Shown piece by piece: positions 52,339-61,313 of a DNA stretch of 64,000 nt. How positions within the stretch are numbered: position 1 is the stretch's first letter; each line of letters begins with the position of its first letter. This DNA comes from Minisyncoccota bacterium (GTDB lineage: Bacteria; Patescibacteriota; Minisyncoccia; JBAYJV01): positions 26,998-90,997 of the forward strand of contig JBAYJV010000004.1 of NCBI GenBank assembly GCA_041664925.1, given 5' to 3'. The position numbers were made by a program, and so were the translations under genes. Under the pieces are notes generated by a model. That model saw only the letters and a program-made list of their open reading frames with translations, did no database searches and had not been told where the DNA came from.

Positions 52339-52491
52339 AAATCCGAAAATCGAATATCGAAATTCGAAATAATATCTAATTTTTAATTTTCAAAGTATTA
52401 AAACGGTTTCGAATTTAAAATTTTAAATATTTGAATTCCTGCCTGCCGGCAGGCAGGTGTTTCGAGTTTCGTGCTTTAAAATTTCGGATTT
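52339..52491. mobile_element. Heptamer-periodic hairpin element with inserted 20-bp palindrome (52438-52457)
   Basis: aaatccgaaa...tttcggattt termini; homologous to the 61087 and 63494 copies. Confidence 0.7.
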
Positions 52492-52500
52492 AATTTAAAT

Positions 52501-53748
52501 TTAGCGCGGTATTACTTCAATATATTCTGGTTGTCCAGGCCTGACATTGAATGTCGTTGATGTCGAACAACTCTTCGTTCCAGAGTCAAAATGAATTGTG
52601 TGCGTTACTGTTCTGGGAGATACTTCACTATAAGTATGTGTCGCATTTTGAGTGCTGGCAGCTGTGCTATCGCCAAAATCCCAGAAATAACTTTCTACTG
52701 AATAGGATCCCGGGTCAGATGTTGACGTATCTTGAAAATTAATTTCATCGCCAATCTTCGGTTTTGTAGGACTCATTGTAAATCCGCACTCAGGATAATT
52801 TATTGGTACTGTAAATCCTGGCCCAGAAGTCCATGATGACCAGAGCCCGTCATTGTCTTGTACTCTCACTTCCCAAGAATACGTTTGACCATACCGAACC
52901 CTTAGGGGTGTCAAAGATAAACTTTCACTTGTCCCGATTAAGACTCCTTGTGATTGATCATCGCCATCCTCAAACTGATTAGGAAGATAAGGTCCGGGAG
53001 AAGAAGTTCCCGAAGATCCAGTTCCAGTATTAGTGAGTCTTAATTCATAAGTGTTTTCGTAGGCACCAATATCGATATCACGAAATGTCCAGTTTAGAAA
53101 ATAGTTTGCGGTATTATTACAAAGATCGTTATTGTTTGGTCCGGTAATATTTGTGTTTTCTACATACGGAGAATTATTGAAAACTAATGGATTAGTCCAA
53201 ATATAATAACCTGTACCACTAGAACTTATCCATCCTATAACTGCTGTGCTAGTAGTTGTTCCCCCACCCCAAGCATAATCAGAAAAACGACCAGTATTTA
53301 AATCAACACTAAGACCATAAAGAGTATCTCTTAATTTGATCCAACCGTAATCATCTCCAATTAAGTTAACGGCTTTTGCCCAACCGGACACTTGTCCATT
53401 CGCCGGATTAATTGTTGGTGTACAATTTGCGTGATCAGGACATTCGCCAGCTGTAACATCAAAACTAATCCAGCCGATATTATCTGACCAAGCATTGCCA
53501 GAAAAAACATGGGTTGAAGTGGAAATCGTCACGCCATAAGTACTTGTTCCGCAAATATTCGATTGACTTGGCCCTCCTTCAGTACAATTAAAACTGATCC
53601 AACCAATGTTATCTGACCACGCCCAGCCATGAACATTATCACTCGCAGACGCATAACATAGTCCTGTGAAAATCAAAAAACCTCCCAAAAGGAAAACAGC
53701 GCCCACGGATAATTTTAGTAGGATTTTTTTCAAATCTAATCTTAACAT
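52501..53748 (-). CDS. Secreted PKD-domain protein with GWAWSDNIGWISF repeats
   Basis: Signal peptide, repeated AWSDNIGWISF, YFWDFGD...NATHTY. Confidence 0.82.
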   Translation of the reverse strand: MLRLDLKKILLKLSVGAVFLLGGFLIFTGLCYASASDNVHGWAWSDNIGWISFNCTEGGPSQSNICGTSTYGVTISTSTHVFSGNAWSDNIGWISFDVTAGECPDHANCTPTINPANGQVSGWAKAVNLIGDDYGWIKLRDTLYGLSVDLNTGRFSDYAWGGGTTTSTAVIGWISSSGTGYYIWTNPLVFNNSPYVENTNITGPNNNDLCNNTANYFLNWTFRDIDIGAYENTYELRLTNTGTGSSGTSSPGPYLPNQFEDGDDQSQGVLIGTSESLSLTPLRVRYGQTYSWEVRVQDNDGLWSSWTSGPGFTVPINYPECGFTMSPTKPKIGDEINFQDTSTSDPGSYSVESYFWDFGDSTAASTQNATHTYSEVSPRTVTHTIHFDSGTKSCSTSTTFNVRPGQPEYIEVIPR

Positions 53749-53884
53749 CTTTATAAAGATTATATCACAAAACACATTTCTCCGCTCAAAGAATGTTATC
53801 CACAGAAAAATATTATTCTCAAAACAAAATATCCGCTACGAATGTAATGGATATTTCCTTCTTTCTTGATCTCAGCCTAAAAAA

Positions 53885-54496
53885 TTATTTCCCCAATAAT
53901 TTTCCCACTTCATTCATTATACTTACTGATTTCGCAACATACGACCCTTGAGTAACAAGTAAATTCTGATCGCTTACAACCCTTACCTGATCACTAATTT
54001 TTAAATTCTCTAATTTAATATCCTCGTAAGTGAACGGCTCTGGGGCAATCATGCCTTCGATAGGTTCGCCAGCCTTGTCTTTTTCCTCTAATTCTTGCTG
54101 ATATGCCTCGTATTCTTTAATAAACTCTTCCTGATTTTTCTCATGAGCTAAAGAAAAAACTGTCTCTCTCGTAATGTTAAATTTCATCTCCTTCGGAAAA
54201 GTTGATCCCAGGGGATTGAGAATTTGGTCTTCTTTTGGTTGAATTACTATAAGGTTTTTGTCTATTTTTGACACATTTCCTGTTACGCTTTTTAGTTCTT
54301 GCGGCAACGACCTTAAAATTCCTACTTGGCGCAAACTCGTTGCAAATTCTTTCTGAATTTGTTCACTACTGATTTTATCACTTAATACTGGTGTTTTTCC
54401 AATGGCATATCCCAAAAAGAAAAAAACTAAAACACCAAAAATAATACTGATAAAAATCCCGATTTTAAAATTTCCTATCTTCATAATATTAAACAA
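53885..54496 (-). CDS. Membrane-anchored hypothetical protein
   Basis: N-terminal TM; 203 aa. Confidence 0.75.
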   Translation of the reverse strand: MFNIMKIGNFKIGIFISIIFGVLVFFFLGYAIGKTPVLSDKISSEQIQKEFATSLRQVGILRSLPQELKSVTGNVSKIDKNLIVIQPKEDQILNPLGSTFPKEMKFNITRETVFSLAHEKNQEEFIKEYEAYQQELEEKDKAGEPIEGMIAPEPFTYEDIKLENLKISDQVRVVSDQNLLVTQGSYVAKSVSIMNEVGKLLGK

Positions 54497-54513
54497 GAAA
54501 AGTTAATTAAATA

Positions 54514-55017
54514 CTATTGTCTTACGCAAAAATCACAGCTTGTTGCAAAATATGTACCATCACTTCTTAGTACCGCATAACAATAACTGTATGAACCAAC
54601 AGTATTAAGCGCGCACACATAGTTATAGCTATTGCAATAACAAGCATCTCCAACCGGTTGGCCCATATCCATATAGCCATTACAATTATCATAATCGGTC
54701 AAAGAACATTTGTAGTCAGACCAATTGCACTTTCTGTTTTTGACAAAAATGTCACCAACTTGCCCAACATTAGTAAAAGGACAATTTGGCAATAACCGAA
54801 CAACAGGAGGATAAACTGCCCAAGCAGGCGTGATAATTTCTGGCGCTTTCATCCTGTTCTGACTTAACAAGAAAGTGTTTCTGGCGCTTAAGTAAAAATT
54901 CTGAGTTTTCGCGTAAAACAAATTCCTTTCTTTTCGCAAAAGAAACGGCGATATAGCTAAAAGCAAAATTAGCAAGGTTAAAATTACTACATGGTGTGTC
55001 TTTAAAAATGTTTTCAT
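54514..55017 (-). CDS. Membrane-anchored Cys-rich hypothetical protein
   Basis: TM followed by ~10 Cys. Confidence 0.72.
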   Translation of the reverse strand: MKTFLKTHHVVILTLLILLLAISPFLLRKERNLFYAKTQNFYLSARNTFLLSQNRMKAPEIITPAWAVYPPVVRLLPNCPFTNVGQVGDIFVKNRKCNWSDYKCSLTDYDNCNGYMDMGQPVGDACYCNSYNYVCALNTVGSYSYCYAVLRSDGTYFATSCDFCVRQ

Positions 55018-55022
55018 AAATA

Positions 55023-57251
55023 TTATTGTTTTACAATACAATACATGCATTCAGTGTTAAGGTATGAATTACTAGCATTACATGTATCGTCTACGCCGCC
55101 ACAGGTGGAAGCAACCCCCATAACATTACTCCTACACATAGCGCTTCCTTCTGATGATGTCCATACTTCAATGTATTCATAAGGATCGGGTGCTTCATCA
55201 ACATAACAGATTGTGCCAACTCGACACCAATAGTTTCGGTAACTGAAACCATCTTCGTTTTGAACCAAAAGATCCCCCTTGCTTGCGGTTAATCCAGGAC
55301 CGAAAGAAGGATTTCCTGTTGTTATTCCAAAACTAGCACAGTCTTGAATAACATCTGCTGGATTACAAACCCCACAGTCATCTGGACAAGTTGAGCATGT
55401 TTCTCCACAAGTGGAACTACATGTTCCATCGTTGCAAGCACAATCACAACTTGCATCATAATTACAAGATGCATAAGTGGAATTATCAGTAGTACATTTT
55501 TCGGTGGAAGCACAACCACTGCCAATATTTGTCCATGACGACCAATTTCCGTTAGTTATGGCCCCGTTACAGCTTGCACTACCCGAACATTTTTGAGTAA
55601 CCGTTCTGTTTTGACTTTGAGCATCATTGTCACAGGCCGCTCCTGTACATCGATAATCATATTCTGTCCAAGTATTGCAGATATATGAAGAAGGTCTGAA
55701 AGCATCACTTGGACAAGTAGCGCCTGATCCCGAACAGGTTTCTGCTAAATCACAATCCCCCGCAGAGGCACGACAAACAGTGCCTAAAGAATCATAGTTA
55801 CATCCATTGGTACAACAAGCACCAGAGGAACAAAAACAACCAGAGCTCACAGTAATCGTCGTTGTATTTTCTGCCGTAACGCCTGATCTTGTAACTCGCG
55901 CTTTGGCAGTATATGTGCCTACTGAAGAATAATTACACAAATCCGTAGCTGTATAAGAAGTATTAGAAATTGTAGTAGACGCTTCCCATGATCCGTTATT
56001 AGTACAATCAAATTGATATCCGATATTACCCGTAGCTGTGCCAGAGACAGTCGCTGTCAAATCCACTCCATTTAATGGAGCCGTACCAGAGGAAGGAGTT
56101 GCAGAAAGCACAACAGAAACTGTCGGACCTGTTAAATTTCCTTTTCTAATAATCGCTGTGCGGTAAGCTTTTGAAATTACTCCATCTACAAAAATACTTT
56201 TGCCAGCATTAAAAAGCCACAGAGAGCTGGGGTTCATTTGAATATTAATTCCCGAGCCAACCGTCAAGTTTCCGCCTTCTGCGCCAACAATAGTTCCAGT
56301 TTTTATAACGCAAGTGTTTGTACCCCCCAACGCAGTATTATTAACAGTGTAATTTCCTGTTGTATAGTCAGGAATGCAATTTGCCACAGCCCCATCTCCT
56401 GTAAGAGCAATGCTAATATTGCTCGCATTGCTATTAAATATAGCTGTACCACTAAAAGCGCCTACGCTACCTGGGGTAAACCTTAGGGTTGTCGATTGTT
56501 GTTGTCCGGCTGTAAGGCCATAAGAACATCCACTAAAACAGGAAAAAGGAGTGCTCAATCCGCTGACCGATCCAGTCAATGTTCCTGTGCCAGTATTTTT
56601 GACCGTAAAAGCGTAATCGCCGTTTGAGCCAACATTAATACTGCCAAAATAAAAAGAAGGAGATGGTGTAACGGAAATTTGCGGAGGAGCCACAATTTCA
56701 AAAACAATATCTGGCATGCCAGAAATACCACTTGTAAACTCATAGTGATCACTATCAAAACCCAAACTAGTTCTAGCGTTGACTCCTCTTAATATTTGAA
56801 CATTATTGCAAGTTTTAGGAATTCCCGGATTTTCCCTATAACATCCAAAGCTCCCCGTATTCATATTATCAACTAGCACAAAATACACTTCTGCCGCACT
56901 CACATTAAGAGGAGTGCTTAAAGAAACACATGTCCATTTGTATGAACTACTTGTTATTGTTACGCCATACTGATCGCCTAAATAGTAACTCGAAGAATCA
57001 TATAAGCCAACATGTACTGTTCCTTTTATATAGGCACATAGTTTTGTTATTCTTCCATTCACGATAGGGCTAAATTTATACCCTGGATCACGATTAGAAA
57101 AATTATCACAATAAAGTGTTCCGCTCTCACAAGAACCCCAAACTTGTCCAGTTTCTGCTGCCCTCGCTTTGTGTGATGATATTAAAAATAATGCGCTGAC
57201 AACTAAAACCACGCTTAACAAAATAAATTTTTTAAAATTAAGTCCTCTCAT
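55023..57251 (-). CDS. Large secreted surface protein: Ig-like and PKD-like domains plus a Cys-rich disintegrin-like region
   Basis: FGSINVG..FTVKNTGTGTLTG; PSSGTAPL...GTYTAK; CCTNGC...GTVCRASAGDCDLAETCSG. Confidence 0.8.
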   Translation of the reverse strand: MRGLNFKKFILLSVVLVVSALFLISSHKARAAETGQVWGSCESGTLYCDNFSNRDPGYKFSPIVNGRITKLCAYIKGTVHVGLYDSSSYYLGDQYGVTITSSSYKWTCVSLSTPLNVSAAEVYFVLVDNMNTGSFGCYRENPGIPKTCNNVQILRGVNARTSLGFDSDHYEFTSGISGMPDIVFEIVAPPQISVTPSPSFYFGSINVGSNGDYAFTVKNTGTGTLTGSVSGLSTPFSCFSGCSYGLTAGQQQSTTLRFTPGSVGAFSGTAIFNSNASNISIALTGDGAVANCIPDYTTGNYTVNNTALGGTNTCVIKTGTIVGAEGGNLTVGSGINIQMNPSSLWLFNAGKSIFVDGVISKAYRTAIIRKGNLTGPTVSVVLSATPSSGTAPLNGVDLTATVSGTATGNIGYQFDCTNNGSWEASTTISNTSYTATDLCNYSSVGTYTAKARVTRSGVTAENTTTITVSSGCFCSSGACCTNGCNYDSLGTVCRASAGDCDLAETCSGSGATCPSDAFRPSSYICNTWTEYDYRCTGAACDNDAQSQNRTVTQKCSGSASCNGAITNGNWSSWTNIGSGCASTEKCTTDNSTYASCNYDASCDCACNDGTCSSTCGETCSTCPDDCGVCNPADVIQDCASFGITTGNPSFGPGLTASKGDLLVQNEDGFSYRNYWCRVGTICYVDEAPDPYEYIEVWTSSEGSAMCRSNVMGVASTCGGVDDTCNASNSYLNTECMYCIVKQ

Positions 57252-57272
57252 TTTTCAATTTTAGATTTATGC

Positions 57273-57818
57273 TTAAAAACTAATCGCATCCCAAAAAAGA
57301 GTCATTTTGTGCTCTTCGCCAGATTTAAGTCGGTACTTGAATTCAACTGGATACGATGCCCCCAAAACAAGATATTTTGGTTGCCAAGTTAATTGATAAA
57401 AGACAGTGTTGTTGTTTTTATCAGCACGCAAAAGCGCAAAATCTTTTTCCTGAGCGCCACTGCCATCTTTCAAAACCGCTTTAACTGTTTTTATTTCCGA
57501 TGAATTTTTAAGCGCCAATATTATGTTTTGTCTTTCTCCTTCTTTGAGTTGAAATGGGTCAATGGTGATTGCAGAAAAATTGCCTGCTTCATCACCAGAA
57601 ACGCCAAAAGTTTCCGATCTATTAACAGTTTGATTTATCGATTTTTCTGAAAATTCGCTTATCCCAAAAATCCATTTTCCGCTAATGACCAAATAAGACA
57701 TAATACTCAAAAAAATCACTACCAAAAAAAGCAAAACTACTGCCACGACATTAATCTGATTAGATTTTTGAAGTGACTTTTTTTCCATTTTCATTTTAAG
57801 GTTTGAGGTAAGTTTCAT
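57273..57818 (-). CDS. Membrane-anchored hypothetical protein
   Basis: TM plus beta-rich domain. Confidence 0.72.
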   Translation of the reverse strand: MKLTSNLKMKMEKKSLQKSNQINVVAVVLLFLVVIFLSIMSYLVISGKWIFGISEFSEKSINQTVNRSETFGVSGDEAGNFSAITIDPFQLKEGERQNIILALKNSSEIKTVKAVLKDGSGAQEKDFALLRADKNNNTVFYQLTWQPKYLVLGASYPVEFKYRLKSGEEHKMTLFWDAISF

Positions 57819-59083
57819 TTGTTCAAGACATCAAGGTCAATATAATTCTTTGTATTTTGATCACTATAGAGATTATTTAGCTCACCACTATGATCAATTC
57901 TTGTGCCAATTAAGCGATATGAGAACTTTGCATTTGACGCGCCATCTCTTGATTTAACAATTAATTTTGAATCATTCATATAAGCATAGAGAGAAGCATT
58001 GCTCTGTGAAGAAACAAAGGGCACTACTGATTTTAGATCAACGGCATGCCAGAAGAGCCACAGGTCAGATCCCTCGGTTTGTTTTGCCAAGTCAATAGTT
58101 AATTCTCTTTTTTTAAGCTGGCTTTGACCAATAACTTCTATTTTTTGACCAATAGAGTCTGGTAAATAAGTTACATATTTTTTGCCTTGAATATTAAACA
58201 CAGGATCAATTTCCCTTACATTACCAAGTTTGTAGTTCGCAAAATCGATGCTTCCCCCACCGCTTGTATTAATAGTAAATGGAGAATTACCCACGGTACT
58301 TGTTCCTGTCCACTGAGTAATATAATTGTTTGTGCCAGAACCTGTAACCCCTCCCGCATCCGCCGCACAAACCCATTGGTCCGATGAATTATATTTCATT
58401 ATTTGATCAGTAGCACAATTTTGAATTCCAAAATTATTGCTCGCATCCCTCTGAAGTCCTTTGTTTGTAATAATATTCTGGGTTGACGTAACGCCCGTAT
58501 TGGTTATGGTAATATTGCCATTTGCCCCACCATCGGTAATTGAAATACCAGTTCCTGCAGTAAGTACTCTTTCGCCAGTAAGAGTGCCGTTAAGCCCTAA
58601 AACAACATAGCTTGCATCCGTAGGAGCACCGCCACCAACAGCATTTTGCCATTGAGCCCCGCTAGCAGTTTGAGTTAATACCTGACCATTGGTTCCGATT
58701 GATCCATTAATATATATATCGCTATTTAAAAGATAAATGTTTTTCCCGGATCCCATATAAAGACCCGTTTCATAAATAAACACATCTCCCAGTCCAGTAC
58801 TATCTCCGTTTATACTAAGACCACTTGCAACACTTGTAATTGCGGTATTGGCCATTCCGGAATTATTGATATTCAGTCCTCCTTGTATTATTAATTGCCC
58901 ACTTTTGGTTTGCGCTGTAGAGCCAACATTAACAGGTGCGGCAACATTATCTCCAGGAGGTACCGCTGTTGGTCCTGTCCAAGCAGCGATTGCTATTTGA
59001 AACCCAATCGCTCCAACAGTCACTAAAAAAAGAAAAGCCAGTATCCGCGCTACTGAACTGACAGAAAAGTTTGCTTTTTTCAT
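57815..59083 (-). CDS. Secreted Gly/Thr-rich fibre-like protein
   Basis: AWTGPTAVPPGDNVAAPVNVG..QTKSG after the signal; GTNGQVLT, GSGTNNYITQW motifs. Confidence 0.72.
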   Translation of the reverse strand: MKKANFSVSSVARILAFLFLVTVGAIGFQIAIAAWTGPTAVPPGDNVAAPVNVGSTAQTKSGQLIIQGGLNINNSGMANTAITSVASGLSINGDSTGLGDVFIYETGLYMGSGKNIYLLNSDIYINGSIGTNGQVLTQTASGAQWQNAVGGGAPTDASYVVLGLNGTLTGERVLTAGTGISITDGGANGNITITNTGVTSTQNIITNKGLQRDASNNFGIQNCATDQIMKYNSSDQWVCAADAGGVTGSGTNNYITQWTGTSTVGNSPFTINTSGGGSIDFANYKLGNVREIDPVFNIQGKKYVTYLPDSIGQKIEVIGQSQLKKRELTIDLAKQTEGSDLWLFWHAVDLKSVVPFVSSQSNASLYAYMNDSKLIVKSRDGASNAKFSYRLIGTRIDHSGELNNLYSDQNTKNYIDLDVLNK

Positions 59084-59297
59084 AGAAATATAAAAAGAAA
59101 AATAATTAAATTACTACTAAAATGATAGCACAAATCACCCCAGACTATAAATAAGTTATCCACACTTATCTTAATTTTTAATTTTAAATTTTTAATTTAC
59201 AATAAATTCTTAATGATTCGGTTTTATTAAATTGTTTGAAAATTAAAAAATTGAACATTGATTGGAAATTGAAAATTGATAATTTAATATATCTACC

Positions 59298-60005
59298 ATG
59301 AATATTTTCGATATTTTATTCCCTCCCCATTGTATTTCTTGTCAAAAAATCACCGATAATAAGTCTGTTTTTTATAAATACCTTTGTTCTGATTGTCTTC
59401 GAAAAATAAAGATAAATGAAGATGATATGTGTATTTCTTGTCATAATTTAACTCGATTTGGCAAAACCTGCTCCAGTTGTTCAAAAAATACACCTCTTAA
59501 TGGTTTGCTGGTTGCATCTGATTATAAAAATCCTATCTTAAAAGAAACTATTCATTATTTTAAATATAACAATGTTAAAGATCTTTCACTTCCCCTTTCT
59601 TGGGTTCTCTTAAAAAAATTAGAAGAATTTGAATGGAAAAATAAAGAAGAATGGATTTTTGTCCCAGTACCATTGGCAAAAAAACGCCTTAAATTTCGCG
59701 GATTTAATCAGACAGAACTTTTGGCGCGAAATTTAGCTAAATGGCTTAACATTTTCGTATCTTCTGCTATAATAGAGAGAGTCAAATTTCATACTCCTCA
59801 GATGCAGATCGAAAATAATCAAGAAAGGCTTGAAAATATTAAAAATAGTTTTAGGATAGTAAAGAACCTTGATCTGCTAAAAATAAGAAATAAAAGAATA
59901 ATGCTCGTTGATGATGTTTCAACAACAGGAGCAACTTTGTCTGAGTGCGCGAAAGTTCTTAAACCTCACGTTAAAGAGATTTGGGGATGCGTCGTAGCAA
60001 AGTGA
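59298..60005 (+). CDS. comF: ComF family competence protein
   Basis: LFPPHCISC, double Zn ribbon, RGFNQ, LVDDVSTTGATL. Confidence 0.93.
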   Translation: MNIFDILFPPHCISCQKITDNKSVFYKYLCSDCLRKIKINEDDMCISCHNLTRFGKTCSSCSKNTPLNGLLVASDYKNPILKETIHYFKYNNVKDLSLPLSWVLLKKLEEFEWKNKEEWIFVPVPLAKKRLKFRGFNQTELLARNLAKWLNIFVSSAIIERVKFHTPQMQIENNQERLENIKNSFRIVKNLDLLKIRNKRIMLVDDVSTTGATLSECAKVLKPHVKEIWGCVVAK

Positions 60006-60079
60006 AAAGTTTAAAATTAAAAGTGCAAAGTAAGAAGTCTCTGTTGTTTTGCGTTTTTCACTTTGCGTTTTACGCTTTT

Positions 60080-60128
60080 GGAAGGGTGGCTGAGACCTGC
60101 CTGCCGGCAGGCAGGGGCTGAAAGCAAC
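60080..60128 (+). pseudogene. Duplicated 5' fragment of tRNA-Ser with a 20-bp palindrome inserted
   Basis: GGAAGGGTGGCTGAGA[palindrome]GGCTGAAAGCAAC equals 60389-60417. Confidence 0.88.
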
Positions 60129-60139
60129 AAATATAAGAT

Positions 60140-60384
60140 ATGTTTTATGTTTATTTTCTAAAAAGTAAAAAAGATAATAATTTATATATAGGTCGGACAA
60201 ATAATATCAAAAGAAGATTCTGTGAACATAATGCAGGTAGTGTGCCTTCTACAAAATCGAGAAAACCATTCATACTTTTAGGATATGAAACATGCGAAAC
60301 TGAAAAAGAATCAGTAGAAAAAGAGAAATTGAGTTCAAAAAAGGATATAAGAGAGAAGAACTAAGAAGAAAATACAATCCATAA
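60140..60384 (+). CDS. Small GIY-YIG nuclease, apparently frameshifted near 60312 (in-frame stop at 60364)
   Basis: MFYVYFLKS...LYIGRTNNIKRRFCEHN.G...STK.RKP; -1 frame gives RKREIEFKKGYKREEL. Confidence 0.82.
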
Positions 60385-60388
60385 AAAT

Positions 60389-60479
60389 GGAAGGGTGGCT
60401 GAGAGGCTGAAAGCAACGGTTTGCTAAACCGTTAACTGCCTTTATAAGCGGTTCGAGGGTTCGAATCCCTCCCCTTCCG
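60389..60479 (+). tRNA. tRNA-Ser(GCT)
   Basis: Loop TTGCTAA, long variable arm, GTTCGAATC. Confidence 0.93.
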
Positions 60480-60624
60480 CCTTCGCCCGCCATAGCGGGC
60501 TTCGGCGGACGATGTCCGCAGAAGAACGCGACGGCGGGATTCGCCTATTTGAGAAATATTTAAAATCTGGTTCAGGTCGAGATTTTGCAAATAAACACCT
60601 AATTTAAATTCACCTTATTTAACC

Positions 60625-61089
60625 ATGCCCAAATCTCTTTTTTCTTGGAAGGCTCATGAATTTGAACAGCAAAAAAAAGGACCAATGTGGTTTGTCGTCT
60701 TCGCCTTAATTGCTTTGGGTCTGATTTTTCTTGCTTTTTGGTGGAAAGCTTTTACGATGATGGTTTTTCTTATCTTGGCCGTTTTTTTGATTATTATTTA
60801 TGCTTTAAAAGAACCGCGTACTGTTAATTTTTCCATAACACCATTAGGAGTGGATATAGACAATGTATTGTATAAATATTCAGATATGAGCTCTTTCTGG
60901 ATTTTTTATGAACCTCCTGAAATAAAAGAATTAAATATTAAACTGACTAGAGGGTTTTTCCCTCATCTATCTATTCCTCTTGGAAAAACTGATCCCAATG
61001 ATATAAGGAGAATTTTACTTGAATATATTCCAGAGAAAAAAGAAAAATTATCGGTAGCCGATGGTATTGCAAGAAAACTTAGGTTCTAA
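60625..61089 (+). CDS. Conserved CPR membrane protein (two TMs plus soluble domain)
   Basis: WKAHEF...W, two TMs, FWIFYEPP. Confidence 0.8.
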   Translation: MPKSLFSWKAHEFEQQKKGPMWFVVFALIALGLIFLAFWWKAFTMMVFLILAVFLIIIYALKEPRTVNFSITPLGVDIDNVLYKYSDMSSFWIFYEPPEIKELNIKLTRGFFPHLSIPLGKTDPNDIRRILLEYIPEKKEKLSVADGIARKLRF

Positions 61090-61216
61090 GCACGAAATCC
61101 TAATATCGAAATCCGAAACAATATTAAAATTAAAAAAATATGAAATTAAAAACAGTTTCGACCTACGCTTATTAGCAAATAGGTGTTTCGAATTTCGTGC
61201 TTCGAGTTTCGAATTT
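61087..61216. mobile_element. Heptamer-periodic hairpin element
   Basis: aagcacgaaatcc...atttcgtgctt arms; homologous to the 52339 and 63494 copies. Confidence 0.7.
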
Positions 61217-61223
61217 AATCGGT

Positions 61224-61297
61224 GTCCCCATAGCTCAATTGGATAGAGCGTCAGCTTGCGGAGCTGAAGGTTGGAAGTTCAAGCCTTCCTGGGGACG
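61224..61297 (+). tRNA. tRNA-Arg(GCG)
   Basis: TCAGC-TTGCGGA-GCTGA anticodon arm, A20 in the D-loop. Confidence 0.9.
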
Positions 61298-61313
61298 CAT
61301 ATAAAAAGGCATT

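Noticed and set aside
57815-59083. Prophage, suggested by the fibre-like gene
   Set aside because: Protein has a signal peptide, and no capsid, terminase or integrase genes are nearby
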